Assembly (NCBI GenBank): GCA_020137815.1
Contig: CM035350.1
Span: 3,472,001 to 3,536,000, forward strand
Reading direction: 5' to 3'
DNA from: Hormiphora californensis
Taxonomy: Eukaryota > Animalia > Ctenophora
DNA: 64,000 nt
The position numbers and the translations under genes were made by a program. The notes beneath the pieces are model-generated. The model was not told the origin of the DNA and ran no database searches. It was given only the letters and a program-made list of their open reading frames with translations. This document shows, in pieces, positions 1 to 18,722 of this stretch. Numbering within the stretch: the first letter of the stretch is position 1; every line of letters begins with the position of its first letter.

Positions 1-35
1 AGTTGACACACTCCAACCCCCCCCCCCCCCACTAG

Positions 36-4545
<4,510 letters not shown>

Positions 4546-5351
4546 GAGGCGACCTTCTAGGTGTAATAATCTGACTTTAACACGTGCGTGAAGAGAGTTA
4601 GAGGTCTCTGAAGTGTTAAGAGAGAGAAAGAGAGATGTCTCAGAGGTTCGTGCAGGTGGTAAAGATGTCCACAGTGTTTGAGATGTGACTATATTGGCTG
4701 TGTGTGCATTTCAAGAAGAATTCGGTTAAGAAAGTTGTCGAGACAAAGAACTCTCAGGATCGAGACGTCTTGTGGCGCCGACCCCGTTTTGATCCTCAAA
4801 ACTGGGTGCTCAGATCGGGTGGGCGCCGCCTGACAGGTTTCCGGCAACTACCGACTGTTTTAATCAGTACAGTAAATGTTTAGGTGCAATTTGTACTTTC
4901 TTATTTTGCATGCCGACCCTTTTCTACTAATAAACTTTTCTACGCTCCCAGAAAAGCTCTTTTATATACACCTCAGATTTGTAAAAAACTTTATATGTCT
5001 CAGATTTTAGTAGTGGGATCGTGATTTTTTAGAGTTAGCAACTTTGATGAACAGGTAGCTTTGGTAATGAAATTACCCCTCCGCGTTATAATAACAGGGG
5101 TGACCAATAGGTAGCTAGTGTTAGAACAGTAAAAAAGTTATATTTTCCCCATTTTTTAAATCTTCTTATTCATCCGAAGGTGACACGTCATATACCTAAG
5201 TAGTAACGCCCGCTCGTTTCACCCTCACAGTGTGTCTGTATTCTGTTTTAATTAAGAGTCTATTTATTTTTGAATTGTATTTATTTAATGCGAAGAGATA
5301 AATCCGGAGAATCGCTGCAGTAGTCGGAGAACGAGAGAAAGCAAAAAAGTG

Positions 5352-5619
<268 letters not shown>

Positions 5620-5753
5620 AATGAAGAACCATTCTGTAAAATTTGTAACTCTTCATCTCTTTGTAAAAAATGTCTTCCAATTTGTTTTCTAGCGGGAAGG
5701 GTTAGGGCAAGGGGAGCGAGTAGGCGGACTGGTGCAGAAATATAATGATACTA

Positions 5754-6023
5754 CAGGGTGGTTCAGAAACATGGAGCCACTTGGAGATAAAAGTTGGAAA
5801 AATACAATCCTCTCTCTATTGTACGGATCAAAATTTCAACGTGTTACCCTGTCAGTTGACAGGCTGATAATTTTTATGTAAGAGTGACTCTCTGTCGATC
5901 TCAATCCTCAGGGGACACCTTTTCTAGTCAATAGACCGTGTTTAATTACACTGTACATCGGAGAGCGAACTGTATTGACACTTTAGTTATCTCAAAGTGG
6001 CTCCATGTTTCTGAACCACCCTG
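5754..6023. mobile_element. Tc1/mariner-type MITE
   Basis: TIR CAGGGTGGTTCAGAAACATGGAGCCACTT...AAGTGGCTCCATGTTTCTGAACCACCCTG flanked by TA on both sides. Confidence 0.85.
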
Positions 6024-6635
6024 TATCATAGCCAAAAAAAATTTCAGGACCAATGCAATGTTATGTCTTCTGATTGCCAAGCTAGACTGCCACTGTTGAA
6101 CAATCTTCTGAATAATGTGGAAAATAAAGATTGTCGCATATAACGGTTGGGAAATGTTAGATCATACACGAAACTGATATCATTACAATCAGCTGCAGCA
6201 AACACACAAACATATCGACACACAAACCGTCACATACCCCCTTTATGTTACAGTGAAGTTCTTTCTTCGATTCAATCATGCATCAAAATTGTCAAAAAAA
6301 GGATCCCACCCACTCTGCCTTAGGTTTGCCACGTCGAGACACTGTCAGAGCATTGGCCTGACCCATTCTCGCTTCTCTCAAATAAGGAGCGCGCGAGAAC
6401 TGTGGTCAGAGCATTGGCCTGACAGTCGAGACAAGGAAAAACCCCTGGTGGCATATTATTCACTGCTTGTGTTATTATAAACCAATTAGCAATCAGAACC
6501 AACTTTAATAATACCACTCACTCTTCAATTAATACCTGCCAAGTACTGCACACGTGAAAGGATTAAAAACTAAACGTCCTTTCCTCGGACCTGTCACACA
6601 CCCATCTCTATTCTACACATTCACTTTATACAGTT

Positions 6636-9354
<2,719 letters not shown>

Positions 9355-10049
9355 GATTCCTCAAAACACAATCCGAGAGAGAGAGAGAGCTAATTCATGA
9401 TGCGCCTTGACTATAAATAGGGGATAGTGGTTTAGGGGACAGTGTATTTTAGTGACGTATTGATGACGTCAGACTATACAGCCTATAACAGGGCACAGTA
9501 GTGACGTCACATTGTTTCCTTGCTCGACCCTATCTCTCCCAAATATTGTAAAGGAGGGTTAGAACAAATTTAACTGCATGGGATAGTGGTTAAGGTGTCA
9601 AGCAGAGGCGTACTGTAGAGAGAGAGAGACAAAGAGAGAGTCAGAGAGAGTTGTGTACACTGTACAATCTAGTCGTCTCATTTTTCAGCCGGGGGACGAT
9701 ATCAAATAAAACGTGTGTGTGTAATATAAAGGGGGTTTATTGTATAAATCAATCAAAGGTATCAGACAAATATAGAACAGACAATAGTTCAATACAAAAT
9801 ACATCTCTCTCTGAGGGTCACACACTCAGATCTACTACTGCACAAGCACTCACTTTAATCATCTCACACAGATGGAGGGAGAGAAACTAATTACACATTT
9901 CTACACCACGACATCTCTCCTTATAAACGGAGAAATGTTTGTTTAGATTCGGATAGCTGTTTCCAATTAGAAATCTTTCCAATCACATCTGAATACCAGT
10001 CTCTACAACAACTCTAGTCAATATATGACGTCATAACATTGTGACGTCA

Positions 10050-11042
10050 TTACACAGGAGCAACACCCTCAGATAACTCCTTCAAGGTGGCCATTAACTG
10101 GACCTTCTCTGCTGCACTACTCTTACTCCACGCTAAAGGTAAATGCTTCCCAACGACCCTCCTGTCCTGCCAAAATTCCCCATTTTTGGTGAGATCCACA
10201 GCTGCAGATCCGTCTGGTGCAACAGACAACCAAACAGCTGTATCAGCACCCTGCTGTGGTGTCCTCAGTTTGTCCTTCATCTTCTCGTAGAAATCAGGCA
10301 TGGCACTCCGTACAGCAGGGGTATCGGCCCATCCTGGGTGCATGGAACTAAACATAAGATCTGGGTATTTCCGGGCCCATTCCTCAACCATGATCACCTG
10401 CTGTCTCTTGTTCTGGGCGTACACCATCGTCCCATCAAACTTGCTCACCCGCTCTGACTGGAGGTCAGATAAGTCCAGTTTGTTGGTTAACATACCCCCC
10501 GAACTGACAGTGACCACTCTGCACCTCACCCCACTCTCTGCTGCTGTCCGCTGGAGGAGGGGAACCAGACCCTCTGTCAGGGTGTACGTTCCCAGTGTGT
10601 TGGTCGCAAAGTTACTTTCAAAACCCTCCCCAGTCACCTCCCTAGTGTTCACCATACACCCAGCATTGTTAACCAGCACGTGCAGTGCAGAGTGCTCCTT
10701 CATAAACTCTTCCGTGAATGTCTTCACTTTCCCAATCTGGGAGAGGTCTAAGACGTGGACATGAACCTCACTGTTACTTGTCTCCGCCACTATCTCATCC
10801 CTGACCTTCTCCGCGCTCACCTTGTTCCTACACACCATGTGAACAGTGCCACCCCTTTTGGCCACCTCCATGGCAGTCTCCCGTCCTATACCGCTGTTAC
10901 TACCCGTGATAAGGAAGTGACGGGAGGCGCAGTCCACTTGGAGGTCTGTGGGCTTGAAATCTTTAGCTGCTGCAGTATAGCCACTCTTTGTGTACTCAAG
11001 GAGGCCCTTAGCGAGCCACACTGTGTTTCTGTATATCGACAT
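10050..11042 (-). CDS. DHRS12: Dehydrogenase/reductase SDR family member 12
   Basis: Intronless 330 aa; MSIYRNTVWLAKGLLEYTKSGY N-terminus, TGSNSGIG, NNAG, YAQNK catalytic motif, MHPGWADTP. Confidence 0.93.
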   Translation of the reverse strand: MSIYRNTVWLAKGLLEYTKSGYTAAAKDFKPTDLQVDCASRHFLITGSNSGIGRETAMEVAKRGGTVHMVCRNKVSAEKVRDEIVAETSNSEVHVHVLDLSQIGKVKTFTEEFMKEHSALHVLVNNAGCMVNTREVTGEGFESNFATNTLGTYTLTEGLVPLLQRTAAESGVRCRVVTVSSGGMLTNKLDLSDLQSERVSKFDGTMVYAQNKRQQVIMVEEWARKYPDLMFSSMHPGWADTPAVRSAMPDFYEKMKDKLRTPQQGADTAVWLSVAPDGSAAVDLTKNGEFWQDRRVVGKHLPLAWSKSSAAEKVQLMATLKELSEGVAPV

Positions 11043-11308
11043 AGCTGCTAGGGAGAAGGGGAGAAATGTGAAATACTGAACACGATAATAGATCTATAAT
11101 AAAATCTATAATATTTATCTATAACAAAGGTCGACCATGAAAGTGTATAAAAGAACGGTATGAAGCAATGTATCCAAAAACAGAATAAGTGGTAAAAACT
11201 CTCTATCAGAGAGACATGACTATAACTACTATACTGGGTAATAAATAAGTGAACAAAAACATGTAAAAAGATGTCTCCCAAACAACTGTGTTACAACCCC
11301 ACTGATCC

Positions 11309-11773
11309 CTATTTGAGGTTTGCTGCAAAGAACTCTATCATCATAGTGATTGCCTTGTTAACATCTCTCTCCACCGCAGGGCTGCTCATATCTCCCCGGG
11401 TTACCCATCCATGAATCATCTCGGGAAATACCTCGATCTGCAATCTACTTCCAAGAACCTGCAGAAAGGGGATTCGTCAGAGTGTTGACATGCAATAAAA
11501 TCGCTGTGAAACTTGGCATGGTAACACAACAATATTGTTGGCCGGGTGCCAGGGTCGTTAACCCAGAGAGACCCTCTGATACAAAAGAATCTGATGAGAC
11601 AAAGAGGGAGCACGTCATGCATGGGTTTTATAACAAAGCTCTGACGTAAGAATAGAAACCGGGATATCTCAGCATCACCATTCATGTTGCTTGATCCTGA
11701 CTTTTATCTTTCTCACAAGTGTTCTCCGTGTCGGTCCCTCCCTCTACTCTTCTTTGTTGTTTCTCTAATTCTC

Positions 11774-11811
<38 letters not shown>

Positions 11812-14800
11812 GGTGGTTCTCTGTTTCACTCGTAGTTAAAAAGCTAACAAGCAACGCACATCCCTTCAGACAAGCAAAAGCTCTCTCTCTCACACATACA
11901 CTGTTCAGAGCGCACTTTGTTTTGTTTGATAAGATGGTGCTGTCGTTGTTAGTGCTATGTTTCACGCTCCTTCAGAGCCCGGCCACCGTCTCGGGGTCTG
12001 AGGTGTGCTATAACAACTTCAATGGTCAGAATACCACCACTAATTGTACGGGATCGGAGTATTGCTGCAGGTAGGATTGTCACCTTGACCACACTCTGAT
12101 ATAGTACAGGGTGTCCCACTGTATAATCAGTGCTCCTTTTTCTATATTTGCACTACAAGTACCGCCGTCTAAGAAGAACTCACACGGCGTACCCTCCAAA
12201 TGGAGATATTATTAATACTATACCTAATGGCTAATAATAATGTAATATTGTGTTTTTGTTTCGTAGGAACGGCGAGAGTTACGCTATAAACCTTGAAGGA
12301 AAATGAGGTTTGCAGTACCGAGGAGAGCTGTGCCAATACCACTGATATTCCCACCAGGTAAAGAATTGTTGTCAGTACTTTAGTATCTCATAATATCGGT
12401 AACAGGGTACAATCACTTTCTATGAACCACCCCTAGAGCTGATGTAATGAATTAAAATGAAATCAAAACTCTGTCTACAGATCTGATCTCACACCATCTC
12501 TATACTCTTCAGTTGTCTAATTAGCGTTGATGGGGTAGAATCAATGTACGGGTGTGGTACAGGGGCGTACTGTTGCCACGAACAGGGCAGAGCTTTTTTC
12601 TACCGAGCTGTACAGTGGGAGGACGTGTGTGGCTTCCCAGGTAGGATTAACCACTCGACCGACAAACATTAGGAGTCTCTGTAGGACGACAATTCCAACC
12701 TGTTCCAACATAATGACGCAATTTGGTATTAGTACTTTTACCCAGGTAGTGGTTGTGGTCCAGTGTTTGAAGTTGATTGGAGTGTAGAGCGGGAGGTACA
12801 ATGCTACGACGAATGTGCTACCATATCCAAGATGACTGTTGATGGAATAGGCTACCTCGCTTTCCTCGAGACAGACGATCGTAAGTCGATTTGTATATCT
12901 AAGACTGTGTTTGTCGTGACTTGTTCAGATTGTATGACCTCTGTCAACTGTTGTTGTGGAACTAACGATCCCTTCCCCCTCACAGTGGAATGCTCGAAAG
13001 ACACGGTTAAGAAGTGTGGTAGCTACGAGGTATGTCTATCTACCAAGACCGAGCTGATGTTTGACAGCCCCAACGTGCTGGGAGGAACATCAGAATACCT
13101 CATGACCTTCACCTACCGGTCCTGTGCAGCGGCGGAGGTTGTCAGCGATCAAGATCTTTATTGTGGTTTACTGGTACAAGGGATAACTGAAGGATTGAAT
13201 TATGAAGGCATGACACTGTCTGATGTGGAGAGCTATTGTGCCTTCCAAGATGTCTGTACGGATGATTCTTGTGTGGCGGAGTCAGACAGGATTGGAGATT
13301 TTCCAGCGTGGGCCATTGTCCTCATTGTTCTCCTCATTCTAGCTGTGATCGTGCTCATTGTCGTCATTGCCTTTTGTTCCTGTAGAGACAGGGGGCAGGT
13401 TCAACCAGATCCCACACCAGTACCAATGGAGGAGATTATCGTCCAACAGGAGGACCCCCGAACCAGGAGGATTAGGGAACTGGAGGCCATGTTGACTGCA
13501 GCTATCAATGCTAGGGACATGGCTGACCTACAGCTGGCAACTGATGCCGTAGAAGAGGAACACATGGAGGGAGAAATGAGGGAGAAATACGACAAGGCAT
13601 GTGCTCTTCTGGAGCAGCTGCTGGCAAGGGATGCCGAGACCAAGAGAAGGGAGTTGGAGGAGGCGGAGAGGGAGGCTGCTGAAGCTAAACGGAAAATGGA
13701 AGAAGCTGAGGCTGAAGTTGAGAGGAGAAGGAAGGCGGAAGAGGAGGCCGCCAGGATAAGAGAGGCCGAAAGGTTGGCAGAGGAAGCACGGAAAAGATGG
13801 GCAAGGATCTGGCCGCGAGTTCAGGTTCTCAGAGCTCTAAATGCGGTAGATGCTGATGCTAAGGCTAAAGCTATGGAGGCAGCGAGGAGGGCAAGGGAAG
13901 AGGAAGAGAGGCAGAAGAGGGAGGAAGAAGAGAGGAGGGAGAGAGCACTAGCGTGTAAGAAAATGCTTCGTGGAGCGGTGAATGCGAACACGATTGAAAA
14001 ACTGGAGAACGCCATTAAACACACTGAAAGGGAAACCTTTCAGACTACCCTTATGGAACATGACGATGAGCTGAAGAAATTGTACGCCGAGGCAAGGGAG
14101 GCACTGGACAAACTAAGAAAGGAGGAAGAGGAGAAACGGCTGGCGGAGGAAAAGAGACTAGAAGAGGAACGAAGAATAGGGGAGGAGAAGAGACAGGCGG
14201 CCCTGGCACGGTTAGGAGAGATTGAGATCATTCTAAAGCGTGGTATCTCCGACAGAAACATTGACCTCCTAAGGAGCGGTATCAAGCAGGCCGATGACAA
14301 CTATCTCCAGAAGGATCTGTTCCCTGACTATGATAACGCTAAGGTCCTGTTAGAGCGACTCGAGAAGATTGAGAAGATAAAGAAGAACATCATGGAGCTG
14401 AAACGACCCCTGATCGCAGAGCTGAAGAGCATGGCAAACCCCCCGGTTCCCGTGATCAAGGCCATGACGGGAGCTTTCCTGCTGATGGGTGAGAAGGCAA
14501 GTTATCTGAAGGAATGGAACAACATCGTTATCCTGCTGAACAAGACAGGCCAGCTCAGTGTGAAGAGAAGAGTTCAGGAGTTAGAGATGGATAGGGTGAC
14601 TGATGAAATAGCTAAATCGGCCGAGGACACCATGTTTGGGTTGTCTTCTGACGAGGTATACGAGGCAAACCAAGCAGCCAGCCTATTCTACGACTGGGCT
14701 GACATGATTTGTTATGAGTACAAACAGCTAAAGAATGGAAAATAAATATGTAGTAAGCAAGTGGTAATTTATTTTGGTTTTTTATATTAGTATGTACTGA

Positions 14801-15793
14801 ACTTTATATGATATTTGTAACCTAGTGCCGACGATATGAGATATCAGTTATCACGGATCGGGATCATTTTCTGCGAGTTTTAGCTCAGGGACTCGTTTTT
14901 AGGGCCTGAACCCAAATCTCCGTGAAACTATGAGCAATACAATACTCGTTGTAGATGGATTTGATTATTGCTACCTTTTCCCCCAGTCCTCCCGGTTGAC
15001 AATTTTCGTGATCGTTTCCCGCAGACAAGTACAGTTGATTACAAACAATGCGTTTCAGTGTCTCCTCCTCTGAACCATCTATCACATCGCAGATTTCTGT
15101 AAAAGTGTAGGTCAGCCACCCATCCAATCATCGAAGTAAAATCAAATATTTCAAGTTGGGTGGGGACTGGGGAATTTTATACTTCACACTAATGGCAAGG
15201 AAGTTTTGCTTACTCGAGTGTGAAGGGTGAAGAGAGACCCCAGCTTTAAACTCAGGACGGCTGCACAAGTTGATCACTGGGTAACTACCCCAACAGGTAC
15301 CGGCACACCCAAAATCTACCGCTCCTCGAGCTTTAGCAAACGCAAGTGTTCGCTCCACATCAGGGATAAGCAGGGTGTTGTAAGGGTATGCTTTGATGAA
15401 ATCAACAAGACCTGGATCTGTAGGTGTAATGGAGCCACCCCGATAATAGTCAGGTAGCACCACCATATAGCCTGTAGGGAGAGAGGAGTTAGGAGAAAGG
15501 CAATGTATCTTAGCATACCAATATCAATTTAACAGACACAGAAACATTGAAAACACAATTTACAGTTTCCATAGATCTATCATGTAGGAAGCCGCACCTC
15601 TATCAGCTAGGAGGTCACAAATCTGTCTCGTCCTGCCTGCATCAAAACCGAAAATATCATAGTTCCATACAATGCACTTGTCGCCAGATCCAACGACATA
15701 AATTTCAAGGTCTTCAACTTTTTCAACGACCCCTTTGCAGGCGTATGCTGAGTTATCAAGGAAGCCATATCCGTTTTCCGGGCAGCACGCCAT
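11309..15793 (-). CDS. Dienelactone hydrolase / carboxymethylenebutenolidase-like
   Basis: Exons 15793-15598, 15471-15214, 15096-14975 and 11458-11309. Motifs DIFG, PDYYRG, G-T-C-W-G nucleophile and AGND; the last exon supplies the catalytic His (FPEMIHGWVTRGD...EFFAANLK*). Splice phases are consistent. Confidence 0.88.
11934..14745 (+). CDS. Type I membrane protein: signal peptide, Cys-rich ectodomain, TM, SAH/helical-repeat rod, C-terminal dynein-stalk MTBD-like domain
   Basis: Exons 11934-12070 (MVLSLLVLCFTLLQSPATVSG signal peptide), 12267-12357 (needs one A fewer at about 12301), 12513-12640 and 12746-14745. TM WAIVLIVLLILAVIVLIVVIAF at about 13309-13374; ELKSMANPP motif at 14419-14445. 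Confidence 0.8.
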
Positions 15794-16080
15794 GTTAAAA
15801 GCTTCTAAATTGGTATTGATTATGATTAAATGAGCTCAATATAAAATATTAATGCAACAGCTTCTATCCTCACTGCAAGAGGTTTTGGAAACCTCCAGTG
15901 ACGTCGCTCACCGTGCGTCCACGCATCCATGGACGCACACCTTTTTTCCGAGAAATTGAAAATTTTGTCAAATTCTGCACGCTGCAGCGTTTTGTACAAA
16001 ATGGGGTCGCTCACAAGACCACAACATTTCGCGTGCAAAAGTAAAAAAGGCGAAAGGAAACAGCGAAAAGGAAAAGAATT

Positions 16081-17700
16081 TTATTATTATTATTAAATCT
16101 AAAATGTATACATTGGATAAAATACAACATATACTGCCCCTTTTTGTGGGCTAAATTGATAGTCATAAGGTTCCTTTTGAAGTCTCTTTAGAGTACAAAT
16201 TACATGTAGCAGGTCAGCCACATTTAATTACCCCCCTGCTAACCCAGTATCGTCCATTCGGATTGTCTCGCCTCAGTCCTTTCACTGTATCAACAAGAGT
16301 TTTCCGCTCTCGCTGCTCCTCCGGTGTTAGGTCGGGGGAGAGAAACACCGAGGAGAATTTCTCTGAATCTCGGAGCTGTTTTGCTTTTCTTAGAAGTTGT
16401 AACAAAGTTTCCCTCCTTTCAAGTGTAACAATTACTGGTCTCGGTCGGTTATCAGTCTTTTCGCCAATACGCTTTGTAGAAGATATGACTGGTTTTTCAT
16501 TGAGCTCACCAAAGATATCCTGAACTTCATGCTCAGTAGCCCTTGCCGTAGTTTCTGGCAGCCCAAATATAACCAAATTCAATTTGCGATCAAGAGTTGC
16601 TTCTTCCGCGGTTGTACTTGGATGGGGTACAGTCGCTTTCTTCAATGCTGCTTGGAGGCGGGATGGTGCAATAGCTGCAGAGCAATTCTGTACAAGCACC
16701 TTGGAGTAGCCCTGCAAATGCTTCTGAACAGACTCTGACACTGAACTAAGTTTCCGACCTTGTACTTCAATCAAAGTATTTTGTGCTTCAATCAGCTTCT
16801 CTTGCAGTTCAATCCTTGATACCCGATGTTTGTCGATTTCTTCCTTAAAAGTGCCAAGCTCTTCTTGTACCTCCTTGAGCTTCTGATTACACTCCACTAG
16901 TTCCAGGCGTTCTTTCATTCGGGCAGTTGCATACAGACGTTTCTCCTTCATAACTGGTCCTATTTCTCTCACTATCCGAAAAATATGACGAGAGAGGTTC
17001 TCGGTGAAAGCCATGAAACGATCAACATTATACTTTCTCATTTCGGAGTCTTTCGGCAGTGCGTCCTCAATATACTGCTCAGGATCATCATACAAACTAG
17101 AATCCAATAACTTGGACAATACTCCATCAACCTGTTGTTCACTTGGTTGTTTGAGCCCGTTCTTGATATGAAAAACGTTCTCTACTGCACAACGAAGTTT
17201 TTCCATCATCGACAAATCCCAGCATTCCAGTGGATCGGCATCTGCATCAGAGGTATTAAGTTTCTCCGTCATAACTTCTGCCTGCCCCTACGGGCGGTCT
17301 CAACATCCTGAGGACATATCTCAATAAATAGTTTTACGTTGTAGTTGATGAAAGTTTGAAGGAAAAGAAGTTCCCCCCGCTAGCCAAGCGATGTATAGGA
17401 TGTGCCGTTGTACCACACGCCGGACCAAACTTTGTTTGCCTTAGTTGGGTAATCACTTAGTTGGTCACGCCAGGATGCCAGGATTACCAGCGCCGGGTCG
17501 AGAAGGCACTAAGGGCAAACAAGGGTAAGGTAAGGTAAGGTAAATTATGCACTTAATATCCCACTCAATAGTGAATATATACCCAGAAAAATGGTGCCAA
17601 CGCACTCTCTAAAGTATCACTTTCTCAAGTGGATAACATTGTCTTTATAAACTTAACGCAATTTTGCTCGCAACAACCGGAGCAACTTCAAAACACAACT
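16081..17700 (-). mobile_element. ORF1-only (non-autonomous) LINE-derived element with (TAA)n tail
   Basis: ORF1 is followed by about 120 nt of 3' UTR ending in TAATAATAATAATAA; no ORF2/RT. 5' boundary approximate. Confidence 0.55.
16214..17272 (-). CDS. Non-LTR retrotransposon ORF1-like protein (coiled coil + RRM/CTD)
   Basis: 352 aa intact ORF with a coiled coil followed by NLVIFGLPE...RIG...RPRPVIVTL...VFLSPDLTPEEQRERK, typical of CR1/L2-clade ORF1. Confidence 0.75.
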   Translation of the reverse strand: MTEKLNTSDADADPLECWDLSMMEKLRCAVENVFHIKNGLKQPSEQQVDGVLSKLLDSSLYDDPEQYIEDALPKDSEMRKYNVDRFMAFTENLSRHIFRIVREIGPVMKEKRLYATARMKERLELVECNQKLKEVQEELGTFKEEIDKHRVSRIELQEKLIEAQNTLIEVQGRKLSSVSESVQKHLQGYSKVLVQNCSAAIAPSRLQAALKKATVPHPSTTAEEATLDRKLNLVIFGLPETTARATEHEVQDIFGELNEKPVISSTKRIGEKTDNRPRPVIVTLERRETLLQLLRKAKQLRDSEKFSSVFLSPDLTPEEQRERKTLVDTVKGLRRDNPNGRYWVSRGVIKCG

Positions 17701-18074
17701 TATTAAAAAACACTAAAAAAGAATAAATTAAATTGTTAATAAATTAGCCCCTGATCATACAAAAGTCCAGAACGCTTGATTTGGTATCAGTAAGGGGCCC
17801 TTACTAAGGGCGCCTGTGCATCGTCGGCACGGATTAGTGTTTCATTCGTCAAATATCGGGTCTCTCGTTCGCACTCCCATAACCAGTACCACTCCCTGCA
17901 GGGAGGGTGGGTGGTGAGAAAATGCCGATTTTCAGAACAAATACGTACCAAAGGTAGTAATGTGTTTAGTAGCTGTCCAGGGAGGGAAGATCCGGTGTGA
18001 TAAAGTGAAAGGGGCATTGGGAGTTTCTTAGTTTCACAAAGGGCCCCTTCGGTGACAATAAGGACGCGGAGAGG

Positions 18075-18722
18075 TCTTGGCAAACGCAGCGCTTTTCAAG
18101 GAGAGGTCTTGGCAAACGTTGCTGGCCCCAGCGGGATAAGGCAGCGCTTTTCAAGGAGAGGTCGCGACTCGCGAGGAAAAAAAGAAAAAGAAACCAGGAA
18201 AATTTTGCGGACGCGGATCCGATTTAATTCACCTGTCTGAGCTGCGGCGGCGCGCGTTAGAATTTCGCGCGTTACGTATTAATGTATTTGATTTTAATTT
18301 TTCGCCAAGAAGACCGGCCACTCTTATGAGGAATGTATCAGGCACCTGCGGACTCGGCTGTCATTCTCTATGGTGAGGTCAATTACCTGTTCTATCCGAG
18401 GATACCGAGGAAGGAGCAGGCGTGATCTGCCTACAACAGACCTCTATCATATATATTAGCTTTTTACTGTCACATTTATCATGATCTTATCTGTGTAGCC
18501 AGATGGCTAGTTCGCTGTTTTTATAGAAATGAATTTGTTAGGCCGGATGCATGTGGCCTCTTTTATTATTATTATTTCTCACTTTTTAATTTTTCGCAAA
18601 TAGAACTTTTTTTGGATAACTCCAAACTTTTGGAATTTCCAAAACTTGCTTTTGAAAAGCGCTGCCTTATCCCGCGCTGCCTTATCCCTCGCTATCGGGG
18701 GCCAGCAATGTTTGCCAAAACT
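18075..18722. repeat. Imperfect inverted-repeat element (GGCAAACG-TTGCTGGCCCC-GGGATAAGGCAGCGCTTTTCAA modules)
   Basis: Modules at 18075-18160 recur reverse-complemented at 18650-18722. Confidence 0.55.

Noticed and set aside
4546-4860. Possible NTR-like C-terminal extension of the CUB protein (SHVVRG..., CPQC...)
   Set aside because: Needs several frame changes and no clean frame is visible; cannot be supported
14885-14974. Apparent C-terminus of the hydrolase in the ORF track (VAIIKSIYNEY...)
   Set aside because: Intronic read-through; the true last exon with the catalytic His is at 11309-11458
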